64,000 nucleotides of DNA, taken from the NCBI GenBank assembly GCA_963575745.1, contig CAUYUJ010000090.1, forward strand, positions 1 through 64,000. Reading direction: 5' to 3'. The notes below the pieces were generated by a model that saw only the letters and a program-made list of their open reading frames with translations, did no database searches and was not told the origin of the DNA. Source of the DNA: Prorocentrum cordatum. Taxonomy: Eukaryota. The position numbers and the translations under genes were made by a program. Numbering within the stretch: position 1 is the stretch's first letter; every line of letters begins with the position of its first letter. This document shows positions 1 to 64,000 of the stretch, one piece after another.

Positions 1-189
1 TCCCTCTACAGTGGGGGACGCTCTTACAAACAGTCGAAGAACAGATCCCGGCGAAGCAACCTGACAGCGATGTGGATAAGCATATCTGGAAGCAGTCCCC
101 TTGAGATTCAGGTGATAATCCAGTTGTAGAATTCTGCTGCTCTCGCAGTCGCAGTCGCATTCGCAATGACAGTCGCAGTGGCAACGGCC

Positions 190-365
190 TTAGGATCCAA
201 TGGAATCCTAAGGATTCCTAGGGATTCCTAAGGCATCCTTAGGCATCCTTAGGAATCCATAGGAATCCTTAGGAAACCTTAGGAATGCTTAGGAATCCTG
301 ATTCCTAGGGATTCCTAGGGATTCCTAAGGATTCCTGTGGAATCCTAAGGATTCCAAAGGATTCG
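190..365. repeat. GGATTCCTAA/TTAGGAATCC 10-bp quasi-palindromic minisatellite (recurs at 2066-2112)
   Basis: Repeated ggaatcctaa/ccttaggaat units in both orientations. Confidence 0.85.
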
Positions 366-1652
366 CCTGCCTCAGCCTCAGCCTCAGCCTGCCTCAGCCT
401 CAGCCTGCATCAGCCTCAGCCTCAGCCTGTCTCAGCCTCAGCCTGCCTCAGCATCAGCCTCAGCATCAGCCTCAGCCTCAGCCTCAGCCTGCCTCGGCTT
501 GCCTCGGCCACAGCCTCAGCCTCAGCCTGCCTCAGCCTCAGCCTCAGCCTGCCTCAGCCTCAGCCTGCATCAGCCTCAGCCTCAGCCTGCATCAGCCGCA
601 GCTTGCCTCGGCCTCAGCCACAGCCTCAGCCTCAGCCTCAGCCTGCCTCAGCTTCAGCCTCAGCCTCAGCCTGCCTCGGCTTGCCTCAGCCTCAGCCTCA
701 GCCTGCCTCGGCCTCAGCCTCAGCCTCCAGGAGTGCACCCATTGTGCCACTGCCTCAGCCTCAGCCTCAGCCTGCCTCAGCTTCAGCCTCAGCCTCAGCC
801 TGCCTCGGCTTGCCTCAGCCTCAGCCTCAGCCTGCCTCAGCCTCAGCCTCAGCCTCAGCCTGTCTCAGCCTCAGCGTCAGCCTCTCAGCCTCAGCCTGCA
901 TCAGCCTCAGCCTCAGCCTCAGCCTGCCTCAGCCTCAGTCTCAGCCTGCCTCAGCCTGCCTCAGCCTCAGCCTGCCTCAGCCTCCTGAGCCTGCCTCGGC
1001 CTCAGCCTCAGCCTGCCTCAGCCTCAACCTGCCTCAGCCTCAGCCTCAGCCTCAGCCTGTCTCAGCCTCAGCCTGCCTCAGCCTCAGCCTCAGCCTCAGC
1101 CTGCCTCGGCTTGCCTCGGCCTCAGCCTCAGCCTGCCTTGGCCTCAGCCTCAGCCTCAGCCTCAGCCTCAGCCTGCCTCAGCCTCAGCCTCAGCCTGCCT
1201 CAGCCTCAGCCTGCATCAGCCTGCATCAGCCTCAGCCTCGGCCTGCCTCGGCCGCAGCTTGCCTCGGCCTCAGCCACAGCCTCAGCCTCAGCCTCAGCCT
1301 GCCTCAGCTTCAGCCTCAGCCTCAGCCTGCCTCGGCTTGCCTCAGCCTCAGCCTCAGCCTGCCTCAGCCTCAGTCTCAGCCTCTCAGCCTCAGCCTGCCT
1401 CAGCCTCAGCCTCAGCCTCAGCCTGCCTCAGCCTCAGTCTCAGCCTGCCTCGGCCTCAGCCTGCCTCAGCCTCAACTTCAGCCTGCCTCGGCCTCAGCCT
1501 GCGTCAGCCTCAGCCTCAGCCTGCCACAGCCTCAGCCACAGCCTCAGCCTCAGCCTCAGCCTGCCTCAGCTTCAGCCTCAGCCTCAGCCTCAGCCTGCCT
1601 CGGCCTCAGCCTGCCTCGGCCTCAGCCTGCCTCGGCCTCAGCCTGCCTCAGC
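366..1652. repeat. (GCCTCA)n hexamer satellite with GCCT inserts
   Basis: Continuous cctcag/cctg units; these explain the PQ/SA/LS ORFs. Confidence 0.95.
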
Positions 1653-1653
1653 T

Positions 1654-2065
1654 CGGGCATTCAAAATATGGCACAGGACTGGTGTTATGCGAACACGAAA
1701 ATTACGAAGTGGCCCACAGGTGGCTCAGGGCAATCAAAAGATGGTACAGGAATGATGTTCCGGGAACACGAAGAACACGAAGTGGCCTACAGTTGGCTCC
1801 GGGCGTTCAAAATGTGGCCTGGGAATGGTGTTCTGGGAACACGAAGAACACGAAGTGGCCTACTGTTGGCTCCGGGCATTCAAAATGTGGCCTGGGAATG
1901 GTGTTCCGGGAACACGAAGAACACGAAGTGGCCTACAGTTGGCCCCGGGCGTTCAAAATGTGGCCTGGGAATGGTGTTCTGGGAACACGAAGAACACGAA
2001 GTGGCCTACAGTTGGCTCCGGGCGTTCAAAATGTGACCTGGGAATGGTTTTCTGGGAACACGAAG
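1654..2065. repeat. 73-bp tandem repeat, about 5.6 copies
   Basis: cgggc(a/g)ttcaaaat..tggc recurs at 1654, 1727, 1800, 1873, 1946 and 2019. Confidence 0.9.
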
Positions 2066-2369
2066 AATTCCTAAGGATTCCTAAGAATTCCAAAGGATTC
2101 CTAAGGATTCCTGGACCTGTCCGGATCTGTCCGGATCTGTCCAGATCTGTCCGGATCCAGCCCAGACCCCCCTGGGGCGTCAAGATGCTCTCGTTTGATC
2201 CCACTAGAAACCTATCAGCAAAAGCTGTTAGGTAAAAATCAAGGGCAGCAGCGTGGAATAGGGATTCCCCGCTGCAATGTCCCGGCGGAGAACCGCGGGC
2301 CACGCGGGGGCTCGTCGTCGGGCCCTCCACCAGTGGCTCCTCCTTCTTCTCCTTGTCGTCCCCCGCCCC

Positions 2370-2838
2370 CAATCGACCCCCTTGAAACCCTGCGGGGGGC
2401 AGTCCCACGAGCGTGGCCGAAATGTGGCTGAGGCAACTCCACTCGCCTGAACCCCCCCGGGAGAAACGATCAGAAGGGGGGTTGCACTCGAATGCGCGAC
2501 GACCTTGCGCGGTGGCTCACGCAGGCCGCTCGCGCGGCAGACGCGCGAACTTACGAGGGCGGCATGCGCGCGAGTGCCCGCGCAATCGACCCCCTTGAAA
2601 CCCTGCGGGGGGCAGTCCCACGAGCGTGGCCGAGACGTGGCTGAGGCAATTCCACTCGCCTGACCCCCCAGGGAGAAACGATCAGAAGGGGGGTTGCACT
2701 CGATTGCGCGACGACCTTGCGCGGTGGATCACGCAAGCCGCTCGCGCGGCAGACCGCATTAAGGCGCCTACGCGCCACCTTCCGCGGGCAGCTTACGCAC
2801 AAGTGCACGCGCAATCGACCCCCTTGAAACCCTGCGGG
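2370..2838. repeat. ~215-230 bp tandem repeat, about 2.1 copies
   Basis: caatcgacccccttgaaaccctgcggg at 2370, 2583 and 2812. Confidence 0.85.
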
Positions 2839-4050
2839 TGCGCCCTCCCGCGGGCGCTTTGAAATGTGTCGCCCGGTTGCGGTTGCGGTTGCGGTTGCGC
2901 GCTCCCGCGGGCGCTTTGAAATGTGTCGCCCACTTGCCGTTGCGGTTGCGGTTGCGCACTCCCGCGGGCGCTTTGAAATGTGTCGCCCGGTTGCGGTTGC
3001 GGTTGCGCGCTCCCGCGGGCGCTTTGAAATGTGTCGCCCGGTTGAGGTTGCGGTTGCGAGCCCGCGGGCGCTTCGAAATGTGTCGCCCGGTTGCGGTTGC
3101 GGTTGCGAGCCCGCGGGCGCTTTGAGATGTGTCGCCCGGTTGCGGTCGCGGTTGCGGTTGCGCCCGCGGGCGCTTTGAAATGTGTCGCCCGGTTGCGGTT
3201 GCGGTTGCGGTTGCGCGCTCCCGCGGGCGCTTTGAAATGTGTCGCGGGGTTGCGGTTGCGCCCCGCGGGCGCTTTGAATGTGTCGCCCGCCGGTTGGCGG
3301 TTGCGGCGCTTTGAATGTGTCGCCCGCGGTTGCGGTTGCGCCGCCCGCGGGCGCTTTGAAATGTGTCGCCCGGTGCGGTTTTGCGGCCTACCGCGCGCGC
3401 TTTGAATGTGTCGCCCGGTTGCGGTTGCGGTTGCGCCCGCGGGCGCTTTGAAATGCGTCGCCCGGTTGCGGTCGCGGTTGCGGTTGCGCCCGCGGGCGCT
3501 TTGAAATGTGTCGCCCGGTTGCGGTTGCGGTTGCGCGCTCCCGCGGGCGCTTTGAAATGTGTCGCCCGGTTGCGGTTGCGGTTGCGCGCTCCCGCGGGCG
3601 CTTTGAAATGTGTCGCCGGGTTGCGGTTGCGGTTGCGCGCTCCCGCGGGCGCTTTGAAATGTGTCGCCCGGTTGCGGTTGCGGTTGCGGTTGCGCGCTCC
3701 CGCGGGCGCTTTGAAATGTGTCGCCGGGTTGCGGTTGCGGTTGCGCGCTCCCGCGGGCGCTTTGAAATGTGTCGCCCGGTTGCGGTTGCGGTTGCGCGCC
3801 CGCGGGCGCTTTGAAATGTGTCGCCCGGTTGCGGTTGCGGTTGCGGTTGCGCGCTCCCGCGGGCGCTTTGAAATGTGTCGCCGGGTTGCGGTTGCGGTTG
3901 CACGCTCCCGCGGGCGCTTTGAAATGTGTCGCCCGGTTGCGGTTGCGGTTGCGGTTGCGCGCTCCCGCGGGCGCTTTGAAATGTGTCGCCCGGTTGGGTT
4001 GCGGTTGCCGCCGCCTGGTTGCGCTCCCGCGGGCGGTTTGAAATGTGTCT
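2839..4050. repeat. ~45-50 bp minisatellite (cccgcgggcgctttgaaatgtgtcgcccgg + (ttgcgg)n)
   Basis: More than 20 tandem copies with a variable number of ttgcgg units. Confidence 0.95.
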
Positions 4051-4682
4051 CCCGAGCCGTCCCCTGACGTTCAGTCAGTCATCAGTCAGCCGGCGGGCAC
4101 GGAATTTCACCCGGCTCCGCCGGGAAACAATATGGGGACGATGTGTTTGACTATTCTTGAGCATGTTTGGCGAATGGTTTGAATGTATGTGCATTGTTTC
4201 GCCAATCATCCCCCTGTAGGGGGACAGGCCCGACCTAAGCATACCATAAGGATGCGCGTTTAGGATGCAAGGGCCATGGAGGGCCGCGTTTGCGTTTTTT
4301 GTCGAACCAGGCTGGCCAGCAAGGGTCGCTGTGGATGGGCCGAAGGGGTAAGGATGCAAGGGTACCCTTGGGAAGGTTGCCCGTCCTTACTATGCGGGCT
4401 GACCGCACCGAAGTGATATCATCCAGCAGTCATTTGCTCGTCGAAATCTGCAAGCAAATACCTAGAACCGTTTACTGGATCTGCGGAGAACCTGCGTACC
4501 TTCTTCAGATCCGACGACAGTTTCACTTATGGTGCACATCGATTCTGTAGTCGACCCCCTGCTCGCCTCCCAGGCCAGGCCTCGCCGTCGTGGCGCAGCC
4601 CGCGCGCCGGCAGGAGGCGCGCGCGCGCGCCCCGCGCGGCTCTTTGACTCTCGCTGCCGGCACGCAGGCGCGCCACGGCCCT

Positions 4683-62684
<58,002 letters not shown>

Positions 62685-62739
62685 CTGCCGGGACGGACTG
62701 GCACACCCACGTCGGCCCAGCCCGCACCCCCTGCCATCC

Positions 62740-64000
<1,261 letters not shown>

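Noticed and set aside
1..135. Possible rRNA or ncRNA fragment
   Set aside because: No conserved rRNA or tRNA motif could be matched.
1654..2065. CRISPR-like array (73-bp period)
   Set aside because: The whole unit repeats, with no unique spacers and no cas genes, in a eukaryotic context.

Overview
Eukaryotic, GC-rich and repeat-saturated DNA that looks dinoflagellate (inferred from GA/GC donor sites, repeated intron boundaries and spliced-leader relics). Nearly all ORFs in the supplied track are microsatellite artefacts. The backbone is one huge minus-strand split gene, with its stop at 4683 and exons traced to at least 62684; the 5' end lies outside the window or was not found. It encodes a sequon-rich, probably secreted protein made of about 3.5 tandem coiled-coil units resembling alveolate trichocyst/extrusome matrix proteins. 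Its introns are filled with (CAT)n/(CCT)n/(GAC)n tracts, minisatellites and several MITE families, some of which make up nearly a whole intron (introner-like). They also hold a decayed full-length APE-RT LINE (52108-56549, minus strand) whose 5' end begins with two tandem DinoSL relics, an RNase H-bearing LINE 3' fragment and a possible CRE-like fragment. A satellite block (190-4050) lies downstream of the gene. There is a 100-N gap at 35882-35981. All calls are by eye; no searches were run.
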